A stretch of 36,308 nt of DNA from positions 1-36,308 of the forward strand of contig JACQRL010000385.1 of assembly GCA_016206485.1 (NCBI GenBank), given 5' to 3'. The position numbers were made by a program, and so were the translations under genes. Below the pieces are notes generated by a model. It saw nothing but the letters and a program-made list of their open reading frames with translations. It made no database searches and had not been told where the DNA came from. This document shows, one piece after another, positions 8,236-18,002 of the stretch. The stretch's first letter is position 1. Every line of letters starts with the position of its first letter. This stretch comes from Planctomycetota bacterium (GTDB lineage Bacteria; Planctomycetota; MHYJ01; JACQRL01; SBBU01).

Positions 8236-10404
8236 GTGAAAAATTTGATCAAAGATCGCGCAAAATTTCGCGCTACCGTACAGGCGATTCTGGTTCTCTG
8301 TACAATATCAGCAGTAACAAAGCTGCTACCAGCGTCAGAAAAGGTTCTAGACAAATTAGATCTCGCAATTTATGACGTTATGATGAAAAAGCTCGTAAAA
8401 AAACAGGAAAGTATAAACAATGTTGTAAACATTGCGATAACCTCTGAAGATCTGGCTTATTACCAGCGTGAATCAAGAATGGGATGGCCATGGAGCAGAG
8501 CCTTCTACAACCATGTTATCGGTTATTGCCAAAAGGGGAAGGCAAAGGCTCTCATGTTTGATTTACTCTTTACTGACTTCTCACAAGGAGCAGGAGATGA
8601 CACTGACTTCACAGAGGGAGGTCTCAAAAAATGGGACAAGATCTATCTTCTTGGTGAATTTCAGGAGACTGCACCAAAAGATATGCATGAATCTGACCAA
8701 GACTCTGTAAAAAAATATCTTCCAAATCTTTCCGTGCCGGTAACTATAAAAGATCCAAAAATAAAGATCAGAGAATCAAAATATGCAAGGCTCCCCATCG
8801 ACGATATGTGTGATGCCGGATTCAAGCTTGCGCAATCTACAGACTTGCCCGACTTCGATGCAAAAAGCAGAAGATACAATCTCCTGACAAAATATGATAA
8901 CTATTATATTCCTAACGCTGCGCTCAGGATACTCTGGGAGCTGGAAGGAAATCCCCCTGTAGTTATAGAGAACGGTTTTCTGACATTTGGTCAATATCGC
9001 ATCCCAATTGATAACAAATGCCAAATGCTTTTGAAATTTTATGGGGAAGGCAGAACAACATTCAAAACAATCAACACCTCTCACGTAATACAAAACAACT
9101 ATATAATGGACAATGAACCTGAGCAAAAACCGACATTTTCTCCAGAAATTTTTAAAGATAAGATTGTTCTGATAGGCACATATTTTCCCGGGATGGATAT
9201 AAAAAAAGTCCCAACTGATCTTTCTTATCCCGGAGTCGAACTGCACTCAACAGCACTTGTTAACATAATAGCAAAAGATTTCCTCGTCGAACTCCCGAAG
9301 CTCTGGATTATTATCTGGAGCATTTTTTATATTCCGATCTCGGTCTTTACCTTCAGATACATAAAAGCTTTCCTGTGCAAATATGCGCTATACGGTTTGA
9401 TAGGGATACATGTGGGACTTTCGATAGTTTTCTTCATGAACAATGTATGGATCAATGCTGTCCCGCAAATATCCGCAATACTTTCAAGCTTCATAACCGC
9501 AATGGCTCTTAACTATATTCAGGAAGGAAAACAAAAGGCCATGGTTAAGAAAACATTCCAATCATATGTTTCACCTTCGGTCGTTAATAAAATTCTGGAC
9601 AGCTCTAAAAGCCTTAATCTTCAGGGAGAGCGCAAAAGATTAACAGTTATGTTTCTGGATTTCGAAGGTTTTACTACCCTATCAGAAAAATTGCCCGCTG
9701 AAGAGCTTGTCGCACTGCTGAAAAAATACTTCACAAGAATCGGAAAAGAGATATTTGCAACTGAAGGAGTTATAGACAAATTTATCGGTGATGCGGTTAT
9801 AGCATTTTGGGGGGACCCATTACCTCAACCTGACAGTTCACTTCGTGCCTGCAGAACAGCACTACTTGCGCGAAAAGCCATGATAGAATTAAGACAAGAA
9901 ACATCTCATCAGCTTTTTGCCCGCATAGGAATCAACACCGGAGACGCAATCGTCGGAAACATGGGCTCAGATACCCTATTCAACTACACAGTAATGGGAG
10001 ATGAAGTTAATTTCACTTCAAGGCTTGAAGGAGCCAACAAGCAGTTCGGCACCAGAATTTTGATCAGCGAATCCACCCACAATGATGCAAAAGATAACAT
10101 TCTTGTGCGCGAGGTAGGCCCCGTAAAAGTCAAAGGAAAACAAAAGGCTGTTCGAGTCTACGAATTAGTGGGAATTAAAGGAGAAATGGAAATTTTAAAT
10201 GAACAGATCATAAATACTTACAATCAAGGTTTACAGGCATTCAAATCAAACAGATTTGATGACGCGCACAAAATATTTGCATCTATGCTCCAACAAGACA
10301 AAGATGACAAACTTGCAGAATTCTATTGCGACCTCACTAACCAGCTTAAATCTCATGTCAGGACAGTCTCAGATGAATACGTGCACGAATTAACCTCAAA
10401 GTAA
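8236..10404 (+). CDS. CHASE2-domain class III adenylate cyclase
   Basis: Extracytoplasmic CHASE2 (WPWSR, FDLLF, FKDKIVLIG, PGVELH), 3 TM helices, cyclase motifs FLDFEGFTTLSE, IDKFIGDAV, YTVMGDEVN..SRLEG; Lys/Thr specificity residues point to ATP. Confidence 0.95.
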   Translation: MKNLIKDRAKFRATVQAILVLCTISAVTKLLPASEKVLDKLDLAIYDVMMKKLVKKQESINNVVNIAITSEDLAYYQRESRMGWPWSRAFYNHVIGYCQKGKAKALMFDLLFTDFSQGAGDDTDFTEGGLKKWDKIYLLGEFQETAPKDMHESDQDSVKKYLPNLSVPVTIKDPKIKIRESKYARLPIDDMCDAGFKLAQSTDLPDFDAKSRRYNLLTKYDNYYIPNAALRILWELEGNPPVVIENGFLTFGQYRIPIDNKCQMLLKFYGEGRTTFKTINTSHVIQNNYIMDNEPEQKPTFSPEIFKDKIVLIGTYFPGMDIKKVPTDLSYPGVELHSTALVNIIAKDFLVELPKLWIIIWSIFYIPISVFTFRYIKAFLCKYALYGLIGIHVGLSIVFFMNNVWINAVPQISAILSSFITAMALNYIQEGKQKAMVKKTFQSYVSPSVVNKILDSSKSLNLQGERKRLTVMFLDFEGFTTLSEKLPAEELVALLKKYFTRIGKEIFATEGVIDKFIGDAVIAFWGDPLPQPDSSLRACRTALLARKAMIELRQETSHQLFARIGINTGDAIVGNMGSDTLFNYTVMGDEVNFTSRLEGANKQFGTRILISESTHNDAKDNILVREVGPVKVKGKQKAVRVYELVGIKGEMEILNEQIINTYNQGLQAFKSNRFDDAHKIFASMLQQDKDDKLAEFYCDLTNQLKSHVRTVSDEYVHELTSK

Positions 10405-10503
10405 TCAGAAATCAATATATGGAAGTCAGTTTGGATAAATATAAGCACACTAACTTAATATTTGCTTTTTTCTGGGCATTGCTAGACTACCCATACATAA
10501 ATT

Positions 10504-11025
10504 ATGTTAAAGCTTCTCTACATAGTTTTACTGTTGAGTTCTGCGGGTGACAAAGACAAGAAAAAGGACAAAGAAAGCAATGAAATCGTAGTCAGCATAA
10601 AATACGCTCAAATAAAAGAAAAACCTGATCGTGCATCTAAGACAATCAAAGAGGTTACAGAAGGAACAATTCTTAAAGTATTGGAAAAAACCAGCAGCTG
10701 GAGCAAGGTAGAGTTTGAGACAGGAAAGTTTGGCTATGTCCACATCAGCGCATGCAATACAAAAAAAGCTTATATCCCGTCAGAAACAGCAAAAACTTCA
10801 GGAGATGTATCAAAAATTCAGGAATCAGCAGCAGCAAAAGGATTCAGTAAAGATATTGAACAGAAATTTAAGGCAGAAAATAAATTAGACGATCAATACA
10901 GGATTCTCGATGAACAAATAATCGCGAAACCCGCTTTTAAACGCAGGGGAACCAACAACACAGTTTCAGCCGATGAAATTGCAAAAGAACTGGAAGAGTT
11001 TCTAAAACAAGGAGGTTTAAAATGA
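10504..11025 (+). CDS. Exported bacterial SH3-domain protein
   Basis: Hydrophobic N-terminus; AQIKEKP..ASKTI..V.EG..LKVLE...SWSKV....GKFGYV; C-terminal AAAKGF...FLKQGGL. Confidence 0.85.
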   Translation: MLKLLYIVLLLSSAGDKDKKKDKESNEIVVSIKYAQIKEKPDRASKTIKEVTEGTILKVLEKTSSWSKVEFETGKFGYVHISACNTKKAYIPSETAKTSGDVSKIQESAAAKGFSKDIEQKFKAENKLDDQYRILDEQIIAKPAFKRRGTNNTVSADEIAKELEEFLKQGGLK

Positions 11026-11906
11026 GTTTAAAGTTTAAAATGGCCTCTTTGTTGCTAGTTTCAATGCTGTTGACATCCTGTATGACATCTTCCAAAGGGG
11101 AGGTTGTACTTTCGGAATCTCAGGAATATTATGCCGGAAGAGCAGCAGCCGCAAAATCTCTGACAGCTCTTAAGGTCTATAATGAAAAAGATCCGCAACT
11201 TCTCGATTACATAACGAGAATAGGTTATGCCATAGTTCTCAATTCAGACAGGGCGGAAATGTACGAAGGATATAATTTCGCTATCATAGAAGATGATCAA
11301 ATAAATGGATTTACTTTCCCAAGCGGATTTGTCTTTATATCCACCGGAGCGATAAAACATGCAAAAAATGAAGATGAACTTGCAGCAATTCTTGCACACG
11401 AAATTGCGCACGTAAATCTGCGTCATCCCGAGGTCGCTACTATTAATGAACTCAAGAAAGGAGAAACAGCAAAAATGCTGGCCGAAGGCGCGAAAATAGG
11501 AATGACGATTTTCAACATCCTTCAGGCATCGAAAAACAAAGAACCGAAATTTTCTGAAAAGGATATTGAAAAGTTATCCGGAGCTCTTGGAGGCGTTGCC
11601 GACCAGCTCGGAACTGTGGTTGTAAAAGGTTATGAACGAGATCAGGAGCTTGAAGCAGACGATCTTGGTTTAGAACTGCTGGCAAGAACAGGATACAACC
11701 CAGTAGCACTAAGAAATTATATTGAGCGTCTTGGGAAACAGAGCTCATCTGCAAAAGGCTGGCTCAACAATGGACATCCAGATCCAAAAGACCGCATTGT
11801 CAGAATCAATGAGCTGATAAAGAAAAATAACTACCAAGAAAAAGATGTATCACCTAGAATAAATCGCTTCAATACATATACAGCTAAAGTCAGGTCGAAT
11901 CAATAA
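11022..11906 (+). CDS. M48 family zinc metallopeptidase, lipoprotein
   Basis: Lipobox LTSC; NGF..P.G.VFI.TG, EDELAAILAHEIAH, QELEAD, HP...RI; ATGA overlap with the SH3 gene and AAGGAGG RBS. Confidence 0.93.
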   Translation: MSLKFKMASLLLVSMLLTSCMTSSKGEVVLSESQEYYAGRAAAAKSLTALKVYNEKDPQLLDYITRIGYAIVLNSDRAEMYEGYNFAIIEDDQINGFTFPSGFVFISTGAIKHAKNEDELAAILAHEIAHVNLRHPEVATINELKKGETAKMLAEGAKIGMTIFNILQASKNKEPKFSEKDIEKLSGALGGVADQLGTVVVKGYERDQELEADDLGLELLARTGYNPVALRNYIERLGKQSSSAKGWLNNGHPDPKDRIVRINELIKKNNYQEKDVSPRINRFNTYTAKVRSNQ

Positions 11907-11953
11907 TCTAGAATACTCTAGTCAGAATACAGGAATCAGGCGTCCTTAATTGC

Positions 11954-12391
11954 ATGAAAGATAAGATAGTTATAACTGCCTTGATAGTTTTATGCGCAGT
12001 TATTATAGGTATTGCGTCTATATATGGCTGTTCTCAGATGGCAAAGCATTCAGAAATTAGCAAACTCAAAGAAACTGATGAAGTCGAAATTAAAGAGATT
12101 AACCTATTATCAGATTCATCCCAACCTATACCGCCGACTAAAACCTCAATAAGTGACAAAAAAATTATCCAGGAAATAATAAACATAATAGAAAAGACAC
12201 CGAGCAATGATAATCCCTTTACATCTTACCGATGCTCCTGCCTATATCTGAAATTCATCAATTTTAAAAAAGATGGGGAAAATATTATGGAGCTGAAAAT
12301 CTCAGACCATTGCATTATGTTTCCGTCGGACCGGGAGCTGCATACAAAGAAACTATACGCTTACCTGAAACCTTACTTTACAATTAAGTAA
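11954..12391 (+). CDS. Membrane-anchored hypothetical protein, paralog of 12499..12960
   Basis: N-terminal TM; aligns by eye with the next ORF (I.DK..I.EII..I, C.C.Y...I.FKK, C...PS...LH...L..YL). Confidence 0.75.
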   Translation: MKDKIVITALIVLCAVIIGIASIYGCSQMAKHSEISKLKETDEVEIKEINLLSDSSQPIPPTKTSISDKKIIQEIINIIEKTPSNDNPFTSYRCSCLYLKFINFKKDGENIMELKISDHCIMFPSDRELHTKKLYAYLKPYFTIK

Positions 12392-12498
12392 AAGTCTAAT
12401 CTACCGCGAGCATACCACAATATCACAATGACTTAAAAAATACATAACAATTCCGAATAATTACAAGCCGCTGTAGAAAAATAAACGTACTTGATTAT

Positions 12499-12960
12499 AT
12501 GAAAAACCGCACAAAAACAATCATCATTATTACTGCTTCAATCCTGACATCAGCTACCGTGATATTAGTCTACTACTCAATTTTTCTGACAACCCTTGAT
12601 AGATTATGTGAAGCAGATCAAGTAACGATAATTCCAGGCCTTTTGCAATTGCAATTGGCACCAGGTGGATTAGTAGATCCTAAATCCTCATGGGTACTGG
12701 ATGAACCTCCCACACAAATTCATGACAAGGATAAAATTAACGAAATAATAAAAACGATAAAATCAATTTATGGCTATTATTTCCCAATTAAATCAAACTG
12801 CACATGTACCTATATATCATACATTGAATTCAAAAAGGAAAATAACCCTCTGGGCAAAGTTTACTTCACTCCCAATTGTGTGAAACTTCCATCAGGAGAT
12901 AAATTACACTCAGACAATCTATTCAAATATTTGATTACACTTGGTAAAATCTTCCGCTAA
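12499..12960 (+). CDS. Membrane-anchored hypothetical protein, paralog of 11954..12391
   Basis: N-terminal TM; shared CxC...C...LH motif. Confidence 0.75.
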   Translation: MKNRTKTIIIITASILTSATVILVYYSIFLTTLDRLCEADQVTIIPGLLQLQLAPGGLVDPKSSWVLDEPPTQIHDKDKINEIIKTIKSIYGYYFPIKSNCTCTYISYIEFKKENNPLGKVYFTPNCVKLPSGDKLHSDNLFKYLITLGKIFR

Positions 12961-12999
12961 TCAGTTGTTTCCTGTAACTTGCAGCTCGTAACCCGGAAC

Positions 13000-13866
13000 C
13001 TATTGTAAACCTTTGATCTTTGCTTCCAGATCCTGAACTGCCTGCTGGAGATTGAGCGCCTTTGCAATTGTTAATGCGCGGTCATAATACTCTTTCGCTG
13101 CTTTTTTATCTGAAGTCTCTGTGATCATACCGAGTTCTTTCAAATCTTTAAGTATAGCTACAGAAATCTCGCTCGCCTTATCTAACTCGAGGGCTTTATC
13201 TGCAAATGTTTTCGCCTTTGCAAGATCTCCCTTTAACCTTGAGACCTGAGCCTTTGCAAGATAAACAGATGCGACACCCCCAAATTCTTCGCTTTTTTCA
13301 TACAAGGGCAATACCTGGTCAGCCAGCTTATCAGCCTCATCTAATTTGTTTTTCTTAATACTAATAAACGCCTTTCCTGTTAATATTCTGGCTCGCTCCA
13401 GATTGCTCGATTTTTCTGTCAGGAACTTCTCCGCACTATCAAAATCACTTTCTGACTGATCAAGTTTGTTCATTTCCAACAGTATTGATCCACGGTTGGT
13501 CAGACAGCGTCCTTCAGAGACCTTATCCTGTAACAATACATACGAATCAATCGCTTTATTCACTGCCTCTAGAGCATCGCTATATTTACCCAGTTGATAA
13601 CTTACAACAGCAATATTGTTCGCAACTCTTGCCATATCCTTTTGGCGGTCTACCTTGGCAAAATGAGTATATGCATCTTTGTACTTAGTTAATGCCTCTC
13701 TAAACTTTCTATTTCTGTAATCAAGATGAGCTTCTCTGCTCAGCTGATCTCCCTTGAAACTGGGAGGTTCGGCAGGAGGAGAAGAACCGCAACCCACTAA
13801 CATAAAAGAATATAGAATACAGAATAGAGAATATAGGAACAAATATCTTGTCATCTTACACCTCAT
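13000..13866 (-). CDS. TPR-repeat lipoprotein associated with the Mce system
   Basis: Lipobox LVGC; TPR-like helices; ATG overlaps the mlaD stop (TAATG). Confidence 0.88.
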   Translation of the reverse strand: MRCKMTRYLFLYSLFCILYSFMLVGCGSSPPAEPPSFKGDQLSREAHLDYRNRKFREALTKYKDAYTHFAKVDRQKDMARVANNIAVVSYQLGKYSDALEAVNKAIDSYVLLQDKVSEGRCLTNRGSILLEMNKLDQSESDFDSAEKFLTEKSSNLERARILTGKAFISIKKNKLDEADKLADQVLPLYEKSEEFGGVASVYLAKAQVSRLKGDLAKAKTFADKALELDKASEISVAILKDLKELGMITETSDKKAAKEYYDRALTIAKALNLQQAVQDLEAKIKGLQ

Positions 13867-14807
13867 TATTGCCCGCAGATTGGATTAATTCCAAGAAGTT
13901 CGTCTTCAGTAGGCTGGCTGAAGGCTGAACTTATTGGCCATACTCGTTTTAAACCATCTACAACTTCACGACCGCTGGCCGCTGTCTCTGTACCATACCT
14001 TGTAAGTTCAGGTAATTGAGCTGTAGTTTTATTCAGATCTAAAAGCATACTATTGAGCCTTTCAAACATTATCTTTGTCTGCTGCAGCAGCTCTGCAGAC
14101 TGATCTTGCATCCTCAATATCTTATCATAAAGTTCCCTGTCGCTAAGAAGCGCGCCAACTGTTCCCTTTGGACTATTAACATTCTGAAGCGTTGTATTCA
14201 ACTGCCCCGTCAACCTTTCAACATTTTTAAGTAAATTTAATGTCGTTTCTCCGGTTAGGGATTCAACATTTCGAAGTGTAGTTAGTATTGAATTATAAAA
14301 TGCTCCCTTATCATTGAGCATCTTGCCAACCGTATGATCCTGATTATTCAATGAGTCTACAAGATTTTTTGCGCTATCGGTAATCTCTGCAACTGCATCC
14401 TTGAACGGCTCGAACCTGAGCTCATCCATCTCAGAAATTTCCGGAGAATCAGCATCTCCCGGTTTTATTTCAATGAAAGATTCTCCTATAACTGTAGATC
14501 TGAGCATTGCGGCAGAATTTGTCCTGATAAATTTCAGATGCTTTTTTCTGAACTGCATGACTACACGTACCTTCAAATCATCCTGCAGTGAGACTTCTTT
14601 TACAGTTCCAACATTAAAATCGAGCATCTTGACCGGCGCACCCTGTCTCAGATTGTGCGATCGCGACATGAACATGAAAGCGTTTACATTATCGGAAAAG
14701 AGCTGAGAAGGACCTCCTTTAACAACGAACACAACAATAAGCAGACCAATTGCCCCTCCAGCCAAACCTCCAACCCACAACTCAAATTTGCGAAGACGCC
14801 AGTCCAT
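13866..14807 (-). CDS. mlaD: MlaD/Mce family protein
   Basis: TM, then L..GAPVKM....VG.V..V, IR.NS.A.L....IGE.FIEI.PG, helical tail with GTVG.LL.D..LY; TAAGGAGGT RBS. Confidence 0.92.
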   Translation of the reverse strand: MDWRLRKFELWVGGLAGGAIGLLIVVFVVKGGPSQLFSDNVNAFMFMSRSHNLRQGAPVKMLDFNVGTVKEVSLQDDLKVRVVMQFRKKHLKFIRTNSAAMLRSTVIGESFIEIKPGDADSPEISEMDELRFEPFKDAVAEITDSAKNLVDSLNNQDHTVGKMLNDKGAFYNSILTTLRNVESLTGETTLNLLKNVERLTGQLNTTLQNVNSPKGTVGALLSDRELYDKILRMQDQSAELLQQTKIMFERLNSMLLDLNKTTAQLPELTRYGTETAASGREVVDGLKRVWPISSAFSQPTEDELLGINPICGQ

Positions 14808-14827
14808 ATAACCTCCTTACATCTAAC

Positions 14828-15541
14828 TCATAAACTAAATTTCTTCTTTAATTCCAATATTTCGTTCACCCATGGATCAGAAATAACTTCATCTGGTTTC
14901 CCCACAACTGAAAACTTCCCATCCTTCAATATCGCAATTCTATCAGCAACTCTTGATTCAGGATCGATATGAGTTGAAAATAACAGAACTGAAATATTTT
15001 CCTCCTCACAAAGAGATTTAATAAGGTCTAGCAGCTTTAATCCTTCAAGCGCATCTATATCGTGCAGAAGTCCATCAACAATCAAAAATTGCGGTCTTGC
15101 AATCAATGCTCGAGCTATCGCTACACGTCTTCTTACCCCACTGCTTATCTGAGAAGGGAGATTTTTGACAAAAGGATTGATACCAAATCCGCTGCATATT
15201 TTATCTATTCTTTCTTTTTCATAATATTTTTGAAGTTCAGGATGATATCTAAGCTTTAATACAATGTTTTCTACAACTGTTCGATTGCTGATCAGCCCGG
15301 AATTTGATGCAACGTATTCAACTCCATGCTGATACTTTGAAACTGAAATCCCATTTACAAGGATATCTCCCATAGTGGGAACAAGAAGTCCTGCGCAAAG
15401 CTTTGCGAGTGTAGTTTTTCCTGATGCATTCGGACCGGCTATCAGGACTATTTCTCCTTCATCTACCAATAAATCAATATTGTTAATAATTGGTTTCTTT
15501 TCATTCGAATAGAATACTCCTTTTAACTCAATCTGATTCAT
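14828..15541 (-). CDS. mlaF: ABC ATP-binding protein (MlaF-like) with degenerate Walker B
   Basis: Walker A GPNASGKTT, signature ISSGVRRR, LIVDG in place of DE, STH H-loop. Likely start ATG 15541 overlapping the mlaE stop (ATGA). Confidence 0.85.
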   Translation of the reverse strand: MNQIELKGVFYSNEKKPIINNIDLLVDEGEIVLIAGPNASGKTTLAKLCAGLLVPTMGDILVNGISVSKYQHGVEYVASNSGLISNRTVVENIVLKLRYHPELQKYYEKERIDKICSGFGINPFVKNLPSQISSGVRRRVAIARALIARPQFLIVDGLLHDIDALEGLKLLDLIKSLCEEENISVLLFSTHIDPESRVADRIAILKDGKFSVVGKPDEVISDPWVNEILELKKKFSL

Positions 15542-16308
15542 AACATATATAAGAACATCGCCATTACGGCAGAAAATACTATAACCGCAAACAAAGAGTG
15601 GACCATTGCCCTGCTCACCGCACGTGGAATTTCCGTAAGAGAAGGGATGATTTCGAGCCCTTTTATACAGCAAATCGTTGTTATAAGGATCCCATTCCCC
15701 ATATTTTTTATAATAAATGAAGCCAGCATAGATAAACTCAGCTCATCCTGTATCCTGCCAAGATATATTGGCAAAGGAACCCCTGCCTGAAAGTAGATAA
15801 GAAGAGCTTCAACCGAGATTGTTATCACGGCAAAATAAACAGATAAAACGATCGTCGCAAAAGTTATTCCAAGAAGTCTGGGGTAAATCAGAAATCTAAA
15901 TATGTTTATCCCAAGCGCCCTGTAAGTATTTATTTCTTCATTATAAACCAAGGTTGCAAGCTCGACAGCAACAGCACTTCCCGATCTGCCAAGAACTATT
16001 ATCGCAGTTGTAAGAGGAGCAAGCTCAAGAATAACGCTCCTGAAAAAAACTTTATCTACAAGCTCAGGATTTCCAACACTAGACAGTAAAAAAGAGATCT
16101 GAATACCCGCACCAAGCCCTATAATTGCGGCAAACATTGATATGAGCCAGAAAGCCTGCACTCCTGTAAAGTAAACCTGTTTTATCACCTCTTCGAAAAC
16201 AAGCGCTTTACCTTTCTCTCTATTTTTCCAAACCTCCCACAAAGTCAGAAAGAAAACCCGGATGATTTGTATGACAAATGCAAACGGATAAACAAAAGCT
16301 CTGATCAT
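15538..16308 (-). CDS. mlaE: MlaE family ABC permease
   Basis: ELAPLTTAIIVLGRSGSAVAVELATL...EEI...ALGI....LIYPR; multiple TM helices. Confidence 0.93.
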   Translation of the reverse strand: MIRAFVYPFAFVIQIIRVFFLTLWEVWKNREKGKALVFEEVIKQVYFTGVQAFWLISMFAAIIGLGAGIQISFLLSSVGNPELVDKVFFRSVILELAPLTTAIIVLGRSGSAVAVELATLVYNEEINTYRALGINIFRFLIYPRLLGITFATIVLSVYFAVITISVEALLIYFQAGVPLPIYLGRIQDELSLSMLASFIIKNMGNGILITTICCIKGLEIIPSLTEIPRAVSRAMVHSLFAVIVFSAVMAMFLYML

Positions 16309-16340
16309 TCTGTGGATTATATATTATCGGTAATTTAAAT

Positions 16341-17348
16341 CTATAATGAGACCAGCCCTTCGATATATTTCTTTCGTTCCGATGGAAGAAAAACTGCCTC
16401 ACAAGAATTATGCAAAAGTGTTTTGATATCGCTTTCTTTAATAGATGAGTTTTTGATTGATGTCTCAAATTCATTGCTGAGCGAAGTTCCGGAAATTTGC
16501 GGATTATCTGTATTCAGGGTTACCTTTATTCCGCGCCTGAGCATTTCCCTGACCGGGTGAGGTTCTGTACCGCTCCATCCTCCTGTATGCCTGTTGCTTG
16601 TAGGGCAAACTTCAAACGTGACATTTCTTTTAGATGCAAGCTTAACGACTTCATCATCTTCAAGTACAAATATGCCATGTCCAATGCGATCACAGTTAAA
16701 TTCTTCAATTGCCTGTCTGATGTTTACTGACCCGCCCCTGACTTCACCGGCATGAATAGTAAGACCCATCCCCTTTTTCTTTGCCCTGTTAAATGATCCG
16801 CCAAACTCGGAGGCATCGCCTACAAATTCATTGCCGGCAAGATCAATCCCTGAAAATAATTCTCCTGCTGATCCTATTGCAAGTTCAAGCACAGGTTCCT
16901 GGAGCTTGAAATCAAAGTGACGTACAACAGTTACAATGAAAGAAAGTTGTACACCAAAAGATTTTGCAGCCCTGCGCGAGGCGCCTATAACCCACTCTGC
17001 GACCTTTTCATACTGGAAATTTTCTCTTCTTGCGAACGGGATCGGGCTGAAGCGGATTTCAAGATACTTAATACCATCCTGAGCGGCATCAGCAACTGCC
17101 TCGTATGCAGCACGCTCGATAACCTCCCTGCTAACCCAAAAATTTCTTATAAAATTGAACTTTCCAAGATAATTCAAAAAACTCGAAGGATCGCGCTGTG
17201 TTATTTTATAGTATTGAGCAAGTTTTTGATGGTTGTCAGTCGGAAGTGGAATGCGGAACTCTTTTGATATATCCATTAAAGTGTTCATTTTTACCGCGCC
17301 TTCAAGATGTCTGTGCAGATCAATCTTTGGAAGTTTCTTGAAATCCAT
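16341..17348 (-). CDS. add: Adenosine deaminase
   Basis: LPKIDLHRHLEG, YLEIRFSP, GIDLAGNE, TIHAGE, RIGHG, EVCPTSN, NTDNP. Confidence 0.93.
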   Translation of the reverse strand: MDFKKLPKIDLHRHLEGAVKMNTLMDISKEFRIPLPTDNHQKLAQYYKITQRDPSSFLNYLGKFNFIRNFWVSREVIERAAYEAVADAAQDGIKYLEIRFSPIPFARRENFQYEKVAEWVIGASRRAAKSFGVQLSFIVTVVRHFDFKLQEPVLELAIGSAGELFSGIDLAGNEFVGDASEFGGSFNRAKKKGMGLTIHAGEVRGGSVNIRQAIEEFNCDRIGHGIFVLEDDEVVKLASKRNVTFEVCPTSNRHTGGWSGTEPHPVREMLRRGIKVTLNTDNPQISGTSLSNEFETSIKNSSIKESDIKTLLHNSCEAVFLPSERKKYIEGLVSL

Positions 17349-18002
17349 TCAATTATAATTCCGCTCGATAGCCTGATCAAAATTCCTGATCTTGCAAATC
17401 CCAAGTAATTTTGTCAAGCGCGCCTCTGCGTTCGGTTCCTCCAAAATCCACTGTTTACTATATATATCCATGCTCGAACAATATGTAATAAGGTCGATAA
17501 GAGATCCGATTTCCATCTCTGCTAAGGCATCTTTAATCCCGGAATAATTAAACATTTTAGATAATACCGGGTGGAACTGATCAACAAGCAATTTCCTTTT
17601 TTTGTCTGCATTCGGGATATTTTGATCTCCTGATTCTTTGATGATAGCCGCTTCCGCAATCCTGTACGACTTTTTCTTATCGAGTTCCTTAAAGCTGAAT
17701 CTGGCAGCTCCATAAAGAATAATGTCATATTTACCATCATCCCGCAAAGTTGACTCGACTACTTTCCCCAGGCACCCAATATCATAGATTGTAGGATCTC
17801 CGAAATAGCTCTTTTCATATCCCTTTTTCAGCAACACCATTCCAATATATGGTTCTTTTTTCAAACTATCTTTAACCATTTCAATATAACGTGGTTCAAA
17901 TATATGAAGCGGGAGAAATGTGCTCGGAAAAAAAACAACATTTGGCAGGGGAAACAACGGGATAATTCCATTAAACTTTACTGCATCGAACGACAAATCC
18001 AT
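17349..18002 (-). CDS. LON peptidase substrate-binding (N-terminal) domain protein
   Basis: PLFPLPNVVFFP...LPLHIFEPRY..MV; no AAA+ or protease domain; stop abuts the add start. Confidence 0.92.
   Translation of the reverse strand: MDLSFDAVKFNGIIPLFPLPNVVFFPSTFLPLHIFEPRYIEMVKDSLKKEPYIGMVLLKKGYEKSYFGDPTIYDIGCLGKVVESTLRDDGKYDIILYGAARFSFKELDKKKSYRIAEAAIIKESGDQNIPNADKKRKLLVDQFHPVLSKMFNYSGIKDALAEMEIGSLIDLITYCSSMDIYSKQWILEEPNAEARLTKLLGICKIRNFDQAIERNYN

Noticed and set aside
15542-15673. N-terminal 44 aa of the ATPase in the ORF track
   Set aside because: Overlaps mlaE; ATG 15541 in an ATGA overlap gives a normal ABC start.
17349-18002. Lon protease
   Set aside because: Only the N-terminal substrate-binding domain; no Walker motifs or protease domain.
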